Shown: positions 19,586-30,024, numbered from the stretch's first letter. The stretch is 64,000 nt of DNA from Candidatus Latescibacterota bacterium (GCA_965116875.1 OZ220733.1:384001-448000), one strand, 5' to 3'. Translations and numbers: made by a program. Notes: generated from the sequence alone by a model not told the origin.

Positions 19586-20455
19586 CTATCCGCGCCAGTC
19601 CATGTTGATGCTGGTATAGCCATGTGTATATTTCGTGAGACGGTGCGGCAAGTTCTCGAGAAACCATCGTCCGGATTGCGGAATCTCCCATGGAACATCG
19701 ATTCTGTGCCCGCGGTCTCTGAATCCGATGGCACAGGACAGCCTCGGCGCCTGCAGCCGGTTCGGAAACGCGCCATGGTACGTCCGGTGGGCGAATACGA
19801 TCATATCACCGCCCTGCGTGAACAGCGGCACAAGTCCGGGAATATCAAAGCCGGCATACGGTCGCTCTTCCTCGCCATCGGGATAGAACGACCGCCTGTC
19901 CGCCGTCATGCTGAACCCCTCCGGCCCCTCCCAATCTTCCACGTGAGAATCTTCGATGACGCACAAGCCGCCGTGAACCGGGCGGGATCCCGTCAGGTAG
20001 AACCACTTGCCCGACGGCCAGAGGCCGCGGTTCAGTACATCGCCTGAATTCCTGATCTCCGTCGAATACCCGCACCAATCCGTATGCCACGACACCGGTT
20101 GGGACCCCGGCATCCGGATGATCGCGGCCGAACGATGTACGGTCAGCTCTTCAGCGCCGATCAGGTGACGATGGATATCCATGAACGGCCCATACTCCAG
20201 CAGCGACCATGCTCCCGGCCCGGATTCAATCCACGCGTGGCGCGTACGGCTCTGACCCGCCGCAAGCTCACCGTCCGGATCGGTTCCGTCCCACACCGCC
20301 TGATTGAGCTTCTCGACCCATTCCGGCGGCAGCACGTCTTTGATCACTGCAAACCCATGCGCCTCCAGGCATTCGCTCATCTCATCCAGTTCTTGAATGG
20401 CAAACTCGTACCGGTATCCGGTATCAGGCTTCTCGACGTGTGAATAATCTTCCAT
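19586..20455 (-). CDS. PhyH-like Fe(II)/2OG dioxygenase with canonical H-T-D motif
   Basis: HGFAVIKDVL, WHTD, GGLCVIEDSH, GDMIVF...TYHGAF, RLS. Confidence 0.88.
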   Translation of the reverse strand: MEDYSHVEKPDTGYRYEFAIQELDEMSECLEAHGFAVIKDVLPPEWVEKLNQAVWDGTDPDGELAAGQSRTRHAWIESGPGAWSLLEYGPFMDIHRHLIGAEELTVHRSAAIIRMPGSQPVSWHTDWCGYSTEIRNSGDVLNRGLWPSGKWFYLTGSRPVHGGLCVIEDSHVEDWEGPEGFSMTADRRSFYPDGEEERPYAGFDIPGLVPLFTQGGDMIVFAHRTYHGAFPNRLQAPRLSCAIGFRDRGHRIDVPWEIPQSGRWFLENLPHRLTKYTHGYTSINMDWRG

Positions 20456-20589
20456 CGTTTCCTCCGAATAACCATGACGCCAGGCTTGTCTGCGACCGGC
20501 CCTTCATGCCGTCGCGGGTACCGGGACAACGCACATCCGCCGCGCCGCGAGGGCATCTCGACGGATCGAGAGACCGGACTGACAGCCAC

Positions 20590-21399
20590 TCAATCCTCAG
20601 CGGTGGTTCGCATCATCGGATCCCCCGAACTCAGAAAGTGGTCCAGGGTATTCCGGGTTGCAGGCCGGGTACGGAAATCGGCAATCCACGGCTCGCGAAA
20701 CCAGGCCCGCTTCTCACGCGTCAGACTGTTCAGAACAACGGGAGGCACATTCAGCCGGTGCCAGTGCGTTGCCAGGTGCGAATAGGCGTGCAACACGGCG
20801 ATACGCGGTGTATCTCGGGTCCACTCGGGTCCCACGTGGCACACGTTCTCGGTGAAAAATACGGCGCTGCCGGCCGGACACGCATATCCCATCAGGAACG
20901 GGCTTCGCTTTCCCGGCTCCATGGACAGGTGATCCGGATGCATGTCAAAATTCGCCTTATGGCTGCCGACGATGAAATGCGTGCCCCCGTCCTCCGGCCG
21001 CACTTCCGCCAGCTCGAAGACCACGCGTACCATCCCCGCGTGAATCCGCCCGTTCTGACACCTGTATCCGAATATCGGATCGATCTGGCCGGGTCCGCCG
21101 CCGTGGAGCCCCCCGCCGTGGGACTCCCCCTTCTTTCGCCAGACGCAGTAACAGCCTTCCATCCGGACCTCGGGCCCGATGATCTCGTGCAGCACCTCCA
21201 CGACTTTCGGGTGATCGATCAGTACGCTCGACGGACCTCCCGGAACCGTACGATGTTCCGGCGGCAGTGCGCCCGGATCGTGCACGATGCGATCGATCTG
21301 CTTCACAATGGAATCAATCTCATCCTGACTCAGAATGGCGGGGCGCACCAGAAAGCCCGTCAGATCAAACCTGAACTTCTCTTCGTCCGTCATGCCCAT
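20590..21399 (-). CDS. PhyH-like Fe(II)/2OG oxygenase with H-G-G motif
   Basis: FRFDLTGFLV, LHGGG, DGGTHFIVGSHK, AGSAVFFTE..CH. Confidence 0.85.
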   Translation of the reverse strand: MGMTDEEKFRFDLTGFLVRPAILSQDEIDSIVKQIDRIVHDPGALPPEHRTVPGGPSSVLIDHPKVVEVLHEIIGPEVRMEGCYCVWRKKGESHGGGLHGGGPGQIDPIFGYRCQNGRIHAGMVRVVFELAEVRPEDGGTHFIVGSHKANFDMHPDHLSMEPGKRSPFLMGYACPAGSAVFFTENVCHVGPEWTRDTPRIAVLHAYSHLATHWHRLNVPPVVLNSLTREKRAWFREPWIADFRTRPATRNTLDHFLSSGDPMMRTTAED

Positions 21400-21591
21400 C
21401 TCGAATCCTCCGCGGTCCGGTTCGCTGTTTGCTCTGCCTACCGCAATATATGCAACCGTGTTTCACGCACAAACTCCCTTCGAACGGCCCCCGCACGGAT
21501 CCGGATAATCCTTTCCGTGAAACACGCAAGTGTTATCTTTTCGCTTACGGTAAACCCGGGGAATGCGCTCAGGCACAAAGGAGGAGGCGGG

Positions 21592-24111
21592 ATGCGAGAA
21601 TCCGAAAAGCAGCGATGGATCCACCCGGCCGGATTCGTGGACAGGGCAACTCTTGAAGAGATCAAGCAGAAGGTCCGACGCCACGACTGGGCAAAGAAGG
21701 CCGTGGACGAACTGCGCGCGAGCGTGCAGCCGTGGCTCGAGCAGCCGCTCGAACGAATCGAAACGCTGATGCCGAAACGGAAGATGCAGGTTTACTGGCT
21801 GATGATCTGTCCGGTCTGCCAGGAGAGGCTAAGGTTCGAACCGTTCAACGACCGTAAAGCCACGTGCCACCGGTGCGACATTGCCCACGCACTGAATCAG
21901 CAGTCCACGGCGGTACATCTTACGGGAAAATATTCCGGGACCCTTTACGAAGGCTGGGGCTGCTCCTACGTCCAGGGGATGGCAACCGCGGCCCAAACCC
22001 TCGCACTGTTGCATGCACTGGGCGCGGACCGCTCGTACGCCGAAAGGAGCGCGGGCATTCTGAATCTGTTTGCGAAACACATTCAAACCCTGCCCGTGCA
22101 GGGGAGCGGTACCCAGCATGTGATCTGGACCTACAACATGGAGGGCGACTGCGTCATCGTTCTTGCGCTGTCGGAAGCATATGAACTGCTCCGGTTGGAG
22201 GAAGGCCTCTTCACCGCCGAAGAACACCTGCGGATCCGGCAGGACCTGCTCCGGCACTGGGCGGACGCGGTCTTCCGGGTCGAAGAGGACAGCAGCCCGC
22301 GTCACAACGGCATGTTCGCCTATCTCAGTTCGGTCGCCATGGTCGGGTGCGCGATCGAGGACGCGGATTACGTGGACTGGGCCTTCGGCCACCGGGACTA
22401 CGCTTCCGACCAACGCCCAAACCACTGCGGCATCCGCTGGCTGACGCGCAACAACTATCTGGCGGACGGGGGATTCTGGGGCCTGTGCAGCGCGTACCAT
22501 CTGTATGCCCTGGGTCCGAACTGTCGTGCGCTCGTACTCGGCCACAGGCTCTCGCGCCAGATGCCGCACCTGTTCCCGCCGCAAATCTACGACGAACTGG
22601 ACCCCGGGAACAGCAGTTACCGAGCCGTGCGCCGCGCCATCAAATGGTTTACCGCCCAGACGTTTCCGGACCTGTCCGCAGCGCCGACCGGAGATATGGG
22701 CGGGCGCGCCAGCCTCGCCAGCTATCCGCTGACGGCCGAAATCGGATATCGCTACCTGGACATCGACGAAACGGGCTCGTACCGCGTACTTCGAGAGGGG
22801 GACAGAGGACTGACGGGACTCCTGTTCGGCGCAGAAGTCGTCGCAGAAAAACCGGCGCCGTACCTGAGCGCCAATCTCTCCAGCGGGTACGTGGCATTGA
22901 AACGGGAAGCCGGCGGCAACCGCCTGTACGCCGGACTGAACGCGCTTCTGCCGGGCTCCGGACACGCGCACGCGGACCGGATGAATCTGATCACGTATTC
23001 ATACGGCCGGATGCTCACCGGCGAGAAGCGCACCCGTTACGAAGACCCCGATCAGCGCATCTACAGCGGCGCTTCATACGCCCACAATACGGTTACCGTC
23101 GACGAAGTATCGCAGGTTCACGGAGACCGGTTGCGGAGTGAACAGATCCCGCGCATCCACACATTCGTCGATCTCCCCGCGGGTCAGGTGGCCGAAGCCC
23201 ACGGCGACCGGGTGTATGAACAGACCGACGTCTACCGTCGCATCCTGATCCAGTTCGACGCATACCTGCTGGATATCTTCCGTGTTCGGGGCGGGAATAC
23301 ACACGATTGGTTCTATCACGGCATCGGAGAGGAGCCGGAGATCGGCCTTGCAATGAAGGAGAAAACCGGATTCGTACCCGCCGATTACGTCACGCGGGGC
23401 CAATCGGAATATCGTGAGGGGCTTGCACAGGAGACGTTCAAGGCAACATGGCGGGTTCCCGCGGAACCTGATTCAGGAAGCCGCGCCAGCCGGAAAGACG
23501 CATTTAACGAGGTGACGGTGTCCGGTTCGCCCGAGCAGACTGCCGTTCTCCTGGACACCTATCCCGATCCGGGAAGGCACAGTCTGATGGTTCGCCATCG
23601 GAACTCAGACGCACCCTTTGTGGCCGTCCACGAGGCATACCTCGAAAAACCGGTTGTCTCTAACGTGCGGACGCTTCCGGGAGATGCCGCCGCGGCTGTC
23701 CATATCGCACACGCCGACGGCGGCAGCAGACAGGCGATTTACGAGAGCGGATCGGGGCCGGACGGTCTGATGCTGGCCGGGCGGTTTGCATCGGTTTCCC
23801 GCAATGCGTGCGGGCAGCCCTGCAGCATCATCCTGGTCCACGCAACGGAATTCAATTGCAGCGGAATCCGCATCCGGTCGGCGCGGCCGGTGACGCTGTC
23901 GGCGGTTTTCGCGGATGAATCGATCCGAATGGTCTCCTGTCCTCCGGTGGCCTACCAGACGGTGGAAGGCCTGCCCGAATACAATACCGGTCCTGATGTC
24001 GACGTTTGCATCGAATTCGGAACGGACGGAAAGCGCGCAGGCAGGAAATTAGAAGCCCGTTTGCCGGGACAGACCGGGACCGGGCCCGTCCCAATCGAGC
24101 TGTTGCGTTAA
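21592..24111 (+). CDS. Heparinase II/III-like lyase without signal peptide
   Basis: GGAGGAGG RBS before ATG 21592; RHN, DGGFW...AYH, GHAHAD, AHNTVTVD, YLLDIFRVRGG..HDW. Confidence 0.8.
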   Translation: MRESEKQRWIHPAGFVDRATLEEIKQKVRRHDWAKKAVDELRASVQPWLEQPLERIETLMPKRKMQVYWLMICPVCQERLRFEPFNDRKATCHRCDIAHALNQQSTAVHLTGKYSGTLYEGWGCSYVQGMATAAQTLALLHALGADRSYAERSAGILNLFAKHIQTLPVQGSGTQHVIWTYNMEGDCVIVLALSEAYELLRLEEGLFTAEEHLRIRQDLLRHWADAVFRVEEDSSPRHNGMFAYLSSVAMVGCAIEDADYVDWAFGHRDYASDQRPNHCGIRWLTRNNYLADGGFWGLCSAYHLYALGPNCRALVLGHRLSRQMPHLFPPQIYDELDPGNSSYRAVRRAIKWFTAQTFPDLSAAPTGDMGGRASLASYPLTAEIGYRYLDIDETGSYRVLREGDRGLTGLLFGAEVVAEKPAPYLSANLSSGYVALKREAGGNRLYAGLNALLPGSGHAHADRMNLITYSYGRMLTGEKRTRYEDPDQRIYSGASYAHNTVTVDEVSQVHGDRLRSEQIPRIHTFVDLPAGQVAEAHGDRVYEQTDVYRRILIQFDAYLLDIFRVRGGNTHDWFYHGIGEEPEIGLAMKEKTGFVPADYVTRGQSEYREGLAQETFKATWRVPAEPDSGSRASRKDAFNEVTVSGSPEQTAVLLDTYPDPGRHSLMVRHRNSDAPFVAVHEAYLEKPVVSNVRTLPGDAAAAVHIAHADGGSRQAIYESGSGPDGLMLAGRFASVSRNACGQPCSIILVHATEFNCSGIRIRSARPVTLSAVFADESIRMVSCPPVAYQTVEGLPEYNTGPDVDVCIEFGTDGKRAGRKLEARLPGQTGTGPVPIELLR

Positions 24112-24182
24112 CAGGCGACCGTAGATGAGAGACCCGTCGGGAAGGGCCGATACCGGCGACGCCGGGCAGAACGAAGGGGCAG

Positions 24183-25151
24183 TCACTTCCGCTTTCCACC
24201 GGCGTCCGCAATTTTCGGACTTCCCGGCCCCACGGCATTCCGCACCGAGAAGTAATCTTCCCGGGACAGGCGCTTTCCCCCCGCTCCGACGGCTTCGGCA
24301 ATCTGCCTGGGCGTCTTGATTCCACAGATCGCCACGTGGATCGCCGGATGCATCAGGGTGGCGGACAACACCAGCTGGTAAATCGACAGTTCGTTGCGTT
24401 CCGCGATCGGCTTCAGGCTCTGCACCTTCGCACACAATTCCCGGAACCGGTCTCCCTGAAAATCGGGATGATTCATCCGGAAATCGTCGAACGTCTCCCT
24501 TCCGGTGTATTTCCCGCTCAGCAGCCCCTTGTGCATGGGCGAATAGATCATCACGCCGACGTTCTCGGATTGGCACCAGGGCAAGAGATCGTTCTCTCCG
24601 GCCGGTTCGATCAGGCTGTACGGAGGCTGGATTACGTCGTACCTGCCGAAACGGCGCTGCGCCCGGCATTGTTCCACCGTATGGTTGCTGAGCCCATAAC
24701 ACCGGATTTTTCCCTGATCCCGAAGTCTTTCCAGGGTTCCGGCGATATCGGAAAGCGGCGTCAGCGGGTCGTACATGTGCAGCAGGTACAGGTCGATTGT
24801 CTCAACCCCCATCCTTTCGAGTGACACGTCGCATCGCGCTGTGATGTGTTCTGGCGAAAGATCGGGATACCGGGAGCCGTCGGGATTGAAATGGTTGAAC
24901 ACCTTGGTTGCCAGCACGAGTTCGTCCCTCGGCAGGTCCCGTACGACCTCACCCAGGACCTTCTCGGCATAGCCATCGCCGTAGGCTTCCGCCGTATCGA
25001 AAAAGTTGATCCCGTGATCGAACGCGAACTTCATCGCGGCCATCGCATCGTCCTTCGACTGCGGCCCCCAGAATCGGGGACTGAGCTGCCATGTGCCTAC
25101 GGCGATCGGAGATACCGACAGGCCGCTATTCCCAAGCGCGACACGGTCCAT
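24183..25151 (-). CDS. Aldo/keto reductase
   Basis: LG.SGL.VS.I..GTW, GINFFDTAEAYG.G, ATK, IDLYLLH, GKIR..G.SN, YSP..KGLL.G. Confidence 0.95.
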   Translation of the reverse strand: MDRVALGNSGLSVSPIAVGTWQLSPRFWGPQSKDDAMAAMKFAFDHGINFFDTAEAYGDGYAEKVLGEVVRDLPRDELVLATKVFNHFNPDGSRYPDLSPEHITARCDVSLERMGVETIDLYLLHMYDPLTPLSDIAGTLERLRDQGKIRCYGLSNHTVEQCRAQRRFGRYDVIQPPYSLIEPAGENDLLPWCQSENVGVMIYSPMHKGLLSGKYTGRETFDDFRMNHPDFQGDRFRELCAKVQSLKPIAERNELSIYQLVLSATLMHPAIHVAICGIKTPRQIAEAVGAGGKRLSREDYFSVRNAVGPGSPKIADAGGKRK

Positions 25152-25419
25152 TTGCAACTCCTCCCATGGTCAACACTAGTTCTGGTTCTTCGACGCGAAA
25201 CCGGCGCAGAGCAGGTCACACCATTTGACCTTGATTCGTAAGTCTTCGTGGACGTTAAATCGAATATGTGCAAGTTAATAAAGGCGATTCAACTGCGGAT
25301 ACCCAGGATGAACCCGGCCACTGGACGTGAACGGAAAAACTGTCCTTCCTAACGACGTTTACGCCCCGTTTCGGAGGGCTTTGTCACGACACCCGGTTGC
25401 AGTTTTTTTCGAATTGGGG

Positions 25420-26499
25420 TTAATCGGCTGCGCGAACGCCCGTTTTATCCATCGTACCTTGCAGCCCCAGTCCCCTCAGGTCTGCGATCGAGTCACTTTC
25501 CTCCGCCTCGTACAGTTTCCAGATGACCCTGAGTCCCTCGAGGCTGGAAACGGGGTCGGTCAGCGGTTTCCGGCCGGTCTCGATACAATCGATAAAGTGA
25601 GCCATCTCCACTTCAGTGGGTTTGGCGTGCCTTTCTTCCATCAACACGATCTCCCGCTGCCCGGGGTCGTGCTCACCGGGTACGTGTTTTTCCACGTCGC
25701 CCAGGTAGACGACCCGCCCCGTGGCCAGGTGCAGCTCCACCATCCCCTTCTCGCAGTGCGCGTGAAAGGAGTAACCGAGCCGGCTGCCTCGAGCCCCCCA
25801 CGTGCCGAAATGATAGCCCAGGATGCCGCCTTCGAACTCGATGCACACGTTGCTGGTTCCCTCTCTCTCCATCCACGGCGTGCCTCGATTGGTTCCCAGA
25901 TGCACGCCCTTCACCGGCCTGCCCAGCATCCACAACATCAGATCGATATAGTGACAGCCATGGCTGAAGAACTGACCCCCGCCAAGCGTGTCCGCCCGGC
26001 AGTGCCAGCTATCCGGCTCACGCTGCGTATGCTGCTCGGTCCAGATCGACAGCTGAAATACCTCGCCGAAGGTCCTGTTGTCCACCACTTCCTTGAACTT
26101 CAGTATCAGGGGATGAAACCGCATGCAGTACGCCACCATAAGGACACGGTCGTTCCGCTGCGCGGCTTCGATCATTTCCAGGCACTCCCGCTCGCTGTTC
26201 GCCATGGGCTTTTCCACCAGCACGTGCTTGCCCGCATCCAGACAACGCACCGTTACCGGATGGTGAAGATGATGCGGAAGCACCACGAGAACGGCGTCGA
26301 CATGATCCATGACCTCCTCAAAATCGGCCGCGACCACGGGGTTATTTGGAAAATGTCCGGCGACCGCCCGCGCCCGCTCGAGATCGATATCCACCACGGC
26401 CGCAATCTCCACCCTGTGAAGCACCTCGCTCATCCGGCTGGCATGGGACCGTGCCATACCGCCGCATCCGATAATCCCCACTCTTTTTCTCCCCGGCAT
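25420..26499 (-). CDS. Gfo/Idh/MocA family oxidoreductase
   Basis: VGIIGCGGMA, PHHLH, GKHVLVEKP, GGG....HGCHYID. Confidence 0.93.
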   Translation of the reverse strand: MPGRKRVGIIGCGGMARSHASRMSEVLHRVEIAAVVDIDLERARAVAGHFPNNPVVAADFEEVMDHVDAVLVVLPHHLHHPVTVRCLDAGKHVLVEKPMANSERECLEMIEAAQRNDRVLMVAYCMRFHPLILKFKEVVDNRTFGEVFQLSIWTEQHTQREPDSWHCRADTLGGGQFFSHGCHYIDLMLWMLGRPVKGVHLGTNRGTPWMEREGTSNVCIEFEGGILGYHFGTWGARGSRLGYSFHAHCEKGMVELHLATGRVVYLGDVEKHVPGEHDPGQREIVLMEERHAKPTEVEMAHFIDCIETGRKPLTDPVSSLEGLRVIWKLYEAEESDSIADLRGLGLQGTMDKTGVRAAD

Positions 26500-26628
26500 G
26501 TTCCTTTCCTCCATTTCTGGCCTACCGGATTCCAATTCCCCTCCAACCGAGTCGCTTTCGTTCCCGCAAGAGTTCGAAGTACGCTTCGGCTGAGCGTTCC
26601 ATTCACGGGAGTCGCCCTGCGTCGCTCC

Positions 26629-27666
26629 TCATGGGCCCTGTTCGTCGCCCCATTCGAAAACCACTTTTCCCGTCTCCCCACGATCGAAGATTTCAAATGC
26701 TTCCCTGGCCTGTTCAATGTGAAAGCGATGGGTCACGATTTCGTCCAGCGGCACCCGGTGGGTCTGCAGAAAGGCGACGGCATCGAAATAAGCCCCCATC
26801 GAATACACGGAGTTGCCCCTGAGCGTCAGTTCCTTTCGAAGGATATCCGAAAAGTCGATCTCCAGCGACGCCGCGCCGGCGCCCACGTAGACCACCGTCC
26901 CGTGCAATCCCGCGACCGCCGCCGCCTGCGTGCGCGCAAGGCCGCTCCCGGAGCACTCCACGACCCCGCCCGCTCCATCTCCACCCGTCAGATCCATGAC
27001 CGCCGCAACCGGGTCGTTCTCCTTTGCGTTGATTGCAACCCCGCCGCCGATACGGTCCGCGAGGTCGATTCTGTAGGGACTGATGTCCACGCCGAACGTC
27101 CTGTATCCCATCGCTTCGCCCATCAATAGCGTTGTGAGTCCGACCGGACCCAATCCGAACACCACGAGCGGATCGCCGTGACGTTTCGAAACCTTGCTCA
27201 CGGCGGAGAAGGCCGTCCCCGCGGTACATGCCAGCTGGGTCCCGACTGCAAAAGAAACGCTGTCGGGCAGCGGCATGCAGTACCGTGCGTCCGTGACCAT
27301 ATAATCCGCGTGAGACCCGTCGCGAGTCCTGCCGAATGCGCCCTGTCCCGAACAGAACACCGGCGTTCCGGAAAGACAGACCGCGCAATGGCCGCACCCG
27401 ACCGTGTGATAGACGCAGACCCTGTCGCCTGCGGACACATTGACCACGTCCCTGCCGACTTCGGCCACAACTCCCGCCGGTTCGTGTCCGGAAATCATGC
27501 CCTTCCGCTCACTCGCCCACGCCCGGCTGCTATGGTACTTGTGCAGGTCGCTTCCACACAGTCCCGCGACCCTCATTTCAATGACCACCTGTCCGGAACC
27601 CGGTTCCGGACGATCGAATTCCCTGACTTCCACTTCGCTATCGCCGAGATAGACGACGCCCCTCAT
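26629..27666 (-). CDS. Zinc-dependent alcohol/sugar dehydrogenase (MDR family)
   Basis: GLCGSDLH, GHEPAG, GDRV, CGHCAVC......C, FGLGPVG. Confidence 0.95.
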   Translation of the reverse strand: MRGVVYLGDSEVEVREFDRPEPGSGQVVIEMRVAGLCGSDLHKYHSSRAWASERKGMISGHEPAGVVAEVGRDVVNVSAGDRVCVYHTVGCGHCAVCLSGTPVFCSGQGAFGRTRDGSHADYMVTDARYCMPLPDSVSFAVGTQLACTAGTAFSAVSKVSKRHGDPLVVFGLGPVGLTTLLMGEAMGYRTFGVDISPYRIDLADRIGGGVAINAKENDPVAAVMDLTGGDGAGGVVECSGSGLARTQAAAVAGLHGTVVYVGAGAASLEIDFSDILRKELTLRGNSVYSMGAYFDAVAFLQTHRVPLDEIVTHRFHIEQAREAFEIFDRGETGKVVFEWGDEQGP

Positions 27667-28109
27667 ATCCTCATCTCCCACCCATTGGATTCCATAGTGA
27701 ATTCATCCGATTCCATCCCGAGCCGACGACCTCCATGGCACGTTTCCACAGCCCGCATTTCGACGCAGGGCAATCGTCTGCAATTGGATTTCCCTGTTTG
27801 ATTCCCTATCTTATCAGCCTGTTGGAAAAGTCCATCCGGGCTGCGGCTCACCGTACGCACGCCTCCGGGAAACGGGATCATGGACTGGCGCCCCGTCGAT
27901 TCAGCCATGATACTGCGAACCATGATTCATTGCAAGGAGACATTGCAATGGAATACCGCCAGGCCGGGCGAATCCCACAGGCGCGTCAGACCCATGCGTA
28001 CTGGAACCTGCCGTGAAACGCTTCTGTCGATTTGTGGAACAACGATGAACACTCGATACGCCGACGACAGACCTGCTGGTGGCGAAACAATCGCGAACAG
28101 GAGAAACGC

Positions 28110-29846
28110 ATGCCTGAAACAGTGCTGTCCGAACCCCGCCATTCAGTGCGGATAGAACGCAACCTACCCATAAGAATGCGAGACGGCGTCGTCCTTCGAG
28201 CCGACGTCTACCGCCCCGAAGACAACGGTAGATATCCAGTCATCGTCGAACGGGTCGCTTACGAACTGGTGAACCGGTGTACGGCGAACGGTGAGTTCTT
28301 CGCGAGCCGGGGATACGTCTTCGTCGGACAGAACGTGCGTGGCGCCTTCGCCTCCGAGGGCGAGTGGCATCCCTTCCGGGACGACGGCTGGGGCGCCAAC
28401 CGCGACGGATACGATACCATCGAATGGGCCGGAACGCAGCCCTGGTCCAACGGAAGGGTGGGGATGGCCGATGGATCCTACTCCGGATTCTCTCAGTACA
28501 TGGTGGCGCCCACCCGGCCCCCGCACCTGACGGCGCTCTATGTGCGCCAGGGCGGCGCGGATTATTACAGCGGCTTCTGGTACCGTTACGGCGCCTACTC
28601 GCTCCCCTTTCAGAAATGGGCGATGCAGACGCTGCTGGCCCAGCTCGAACACGAAAGCGCGCCACCGGGCCTTGAGGCCGCGACGGCGCGCCTGGCGTGT
28701 GCCCTCGATGAATATGACGACTGGGAGCGGCATCTACCGTTAAAGTCTTTCCCGCCCCTGGAAGGACTGCTCGATTGGTACATCGAATACCTGGATCACC
28801 CCGAAGACGGTCCCTATTGGTGGCCCACCAACATCACCTCGAGATTCGGCGATATTGACACGCCCATGCTGCATTTCGGCGCGTGGTTCGACGTCTTCCT
28901 GGACGGTACGCTGCAGGCCTTCCAGGGAATCCGAAAAAACGGTCGAACACGGGCCTGCCGGCAGGGGCAGCGCCTGCTCATCGGACCCTGGATCCACGGT
29001 CCGGGCAACGCCGCCAAACGCGTCGTCGGCGAAATCGACTTCGGTCCTCAGGCGGCGTTCGACATGAATGCGCACCGCCTGGAGTGGTACGATTACTGGC
29101 TGAAGGGAATAGACAACGGAATTATGGATGGACCGCCGGTTCGCGTTTTCCTGATGGGCAGGAACGAGTGGCTGGACCTGGACGACTGGCCGCCGACGGG
29201 CATTACGTACCGGTCCGCGTATCTGCGGGAGGGTTCCGGGAAAGACGAAAACTCGCTCAACAACGGAGGGCTGACCTTCGAACCGCCCGCTGCGGCGGAA
29301 CATCCGGACAGCTTTGCGTACGATCCGAGCGACCCCATGCCCGGGCTGCGCTTCTATCCCACGCTCGGGCCGGTGGACCACCGGCATCTGGAAGGCGGCA
29401 TGCTCACCTACACGTCGGCGGTGCTGAAGGATGACCTGACCGTCATTGGACCCGTCAAAGCCATCCTGCACGCCCTGTCCTCGGCCCCGGATACGGATTG
29501 GGTGGTCCGGCTATGCGACGTCTGGCCGGACGGTCGTTCCATGCCCGTCTGCGACGGCATCCTGAGGGCGCGATTCCGCGATTCGCTGCAACACCCGGAG
29601 CTGCTGACGCCAGGCAACATCTACAGGTTTAAGATCGACATGTCCGCCACGGCGCAAGTGTTCCAGTCCGGGCATCGGCTGCGCATTGAAATCACAAGCA
29701 GCGATTTCCCCCGGTACGATCGAAACCTGAACACCGGGGGGCCCTTCGGCGAGGAAACCGCCGGCCGGATCGCCGTCAACACCGTCTTCCACGACGCAGA
29801 ACGGCCGTCGTACGTCGTCCTGCCCGTTGTGGAGGACCGACCTTGA
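28110..29846 (+). CDS. CocE/NonD family serine hydrolase
   Basis: MRDGVVLRADVYRP, DGYDTIEW, WSNGRVGM.DGSY.G, AWFD, IGPWIH, SSDFPRYDRNLNTG. Confidence 0.95.
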   Translation: MPETVLSEPRHSVRIERNLPIRMRDGVVLRADVYRPEDNGRYPVIVERVAYELVNRCTANGEFFASRGYVFVGQNVRGAFASEGEWHPFRDDGWGANRDGYDTIEWAGTQPWSNGRVGMADGSYSGFSQYMVAPTRPPHLTALYVRQGGADYYSGFWYRYGAYSLPFQKWAMQTLLAQLEHESAPPGLEAATARLACALDEYDDWERHLPLKSFPPLEGLLDWYIEYLDHPEDGPYWWPTNITSRFGDIDTPMLHFGAWFDVFLDGTLQAFQGIRKNGRTRACRQGQRLLIGPWIHGPGNAAKRVVGEIDFGPQAAFDMNAHRLEWYDYWLKGIDNGIMDGPPVRVFLMGRNEWLDLDDWPPTGITYRSAYLREGSGKDENSLNNGGLTFEPPAAAEHPDSFAYDPSDPMPGLRFYPTLGPVDHRHLEGGMLTYTSAVLKDDLTVIGPVKAILHALSSAPDTDWVVRLCDVWPDGRSMPVCDGILRARFRDSLQHPELLTPGNIYRFKIDMSATAQVFQSGHRLRIEITSSDFPRYDRNLNTGGPFGEETAGRIAVNTVFHDAERPSYVVLPVVEDRP

Positions 29847-29934
29847 TTCGAAAAAAGACAACCGTTCATTCACCACAAAAAGCACAAAAGGCACAAAAGG
29901 TTACGGTGCGAAAACGGGGGATCGAGGTCATTCA
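29846..29934. repeat. ~89-bp dispersed intergenic repeat, copy 1 (core ACCACAAAAAGCACAAAAGGCACA)
   Basis: Aligns by eye over its whole length with 39176-39264. Confidence 0.85.
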
Positions 29935-30024
29935 ACCGGCAGAAAACCGCCCTGCACGGGAACGCTGGTTTCATAGAATCAGCCTCCCGGCAGGGTCCGT
30001 GGATCGAACAGCGTCTTTCGCACC

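Noticed and set aside
20440-21591. N-terminal 384 aa of the 1223-aa ORF, suggesting a giant fusion protein
   Set aside because: It overlaps the PhyH gene on the opposite strand; a strong RBS and ATG at 21592 mark the real start
25327-27129. 600-aa plus-strand ORF
   Set aside because: Antisense to the well-supported Gfo/Idh/MocA and MDR dehydrogenase genes
27690-28100. ~400-bp divergent intergenic region as a possible ncRNA or small gene
   Set aside because: No convincing RBS-ORF, terminator or recognisable RNA motif
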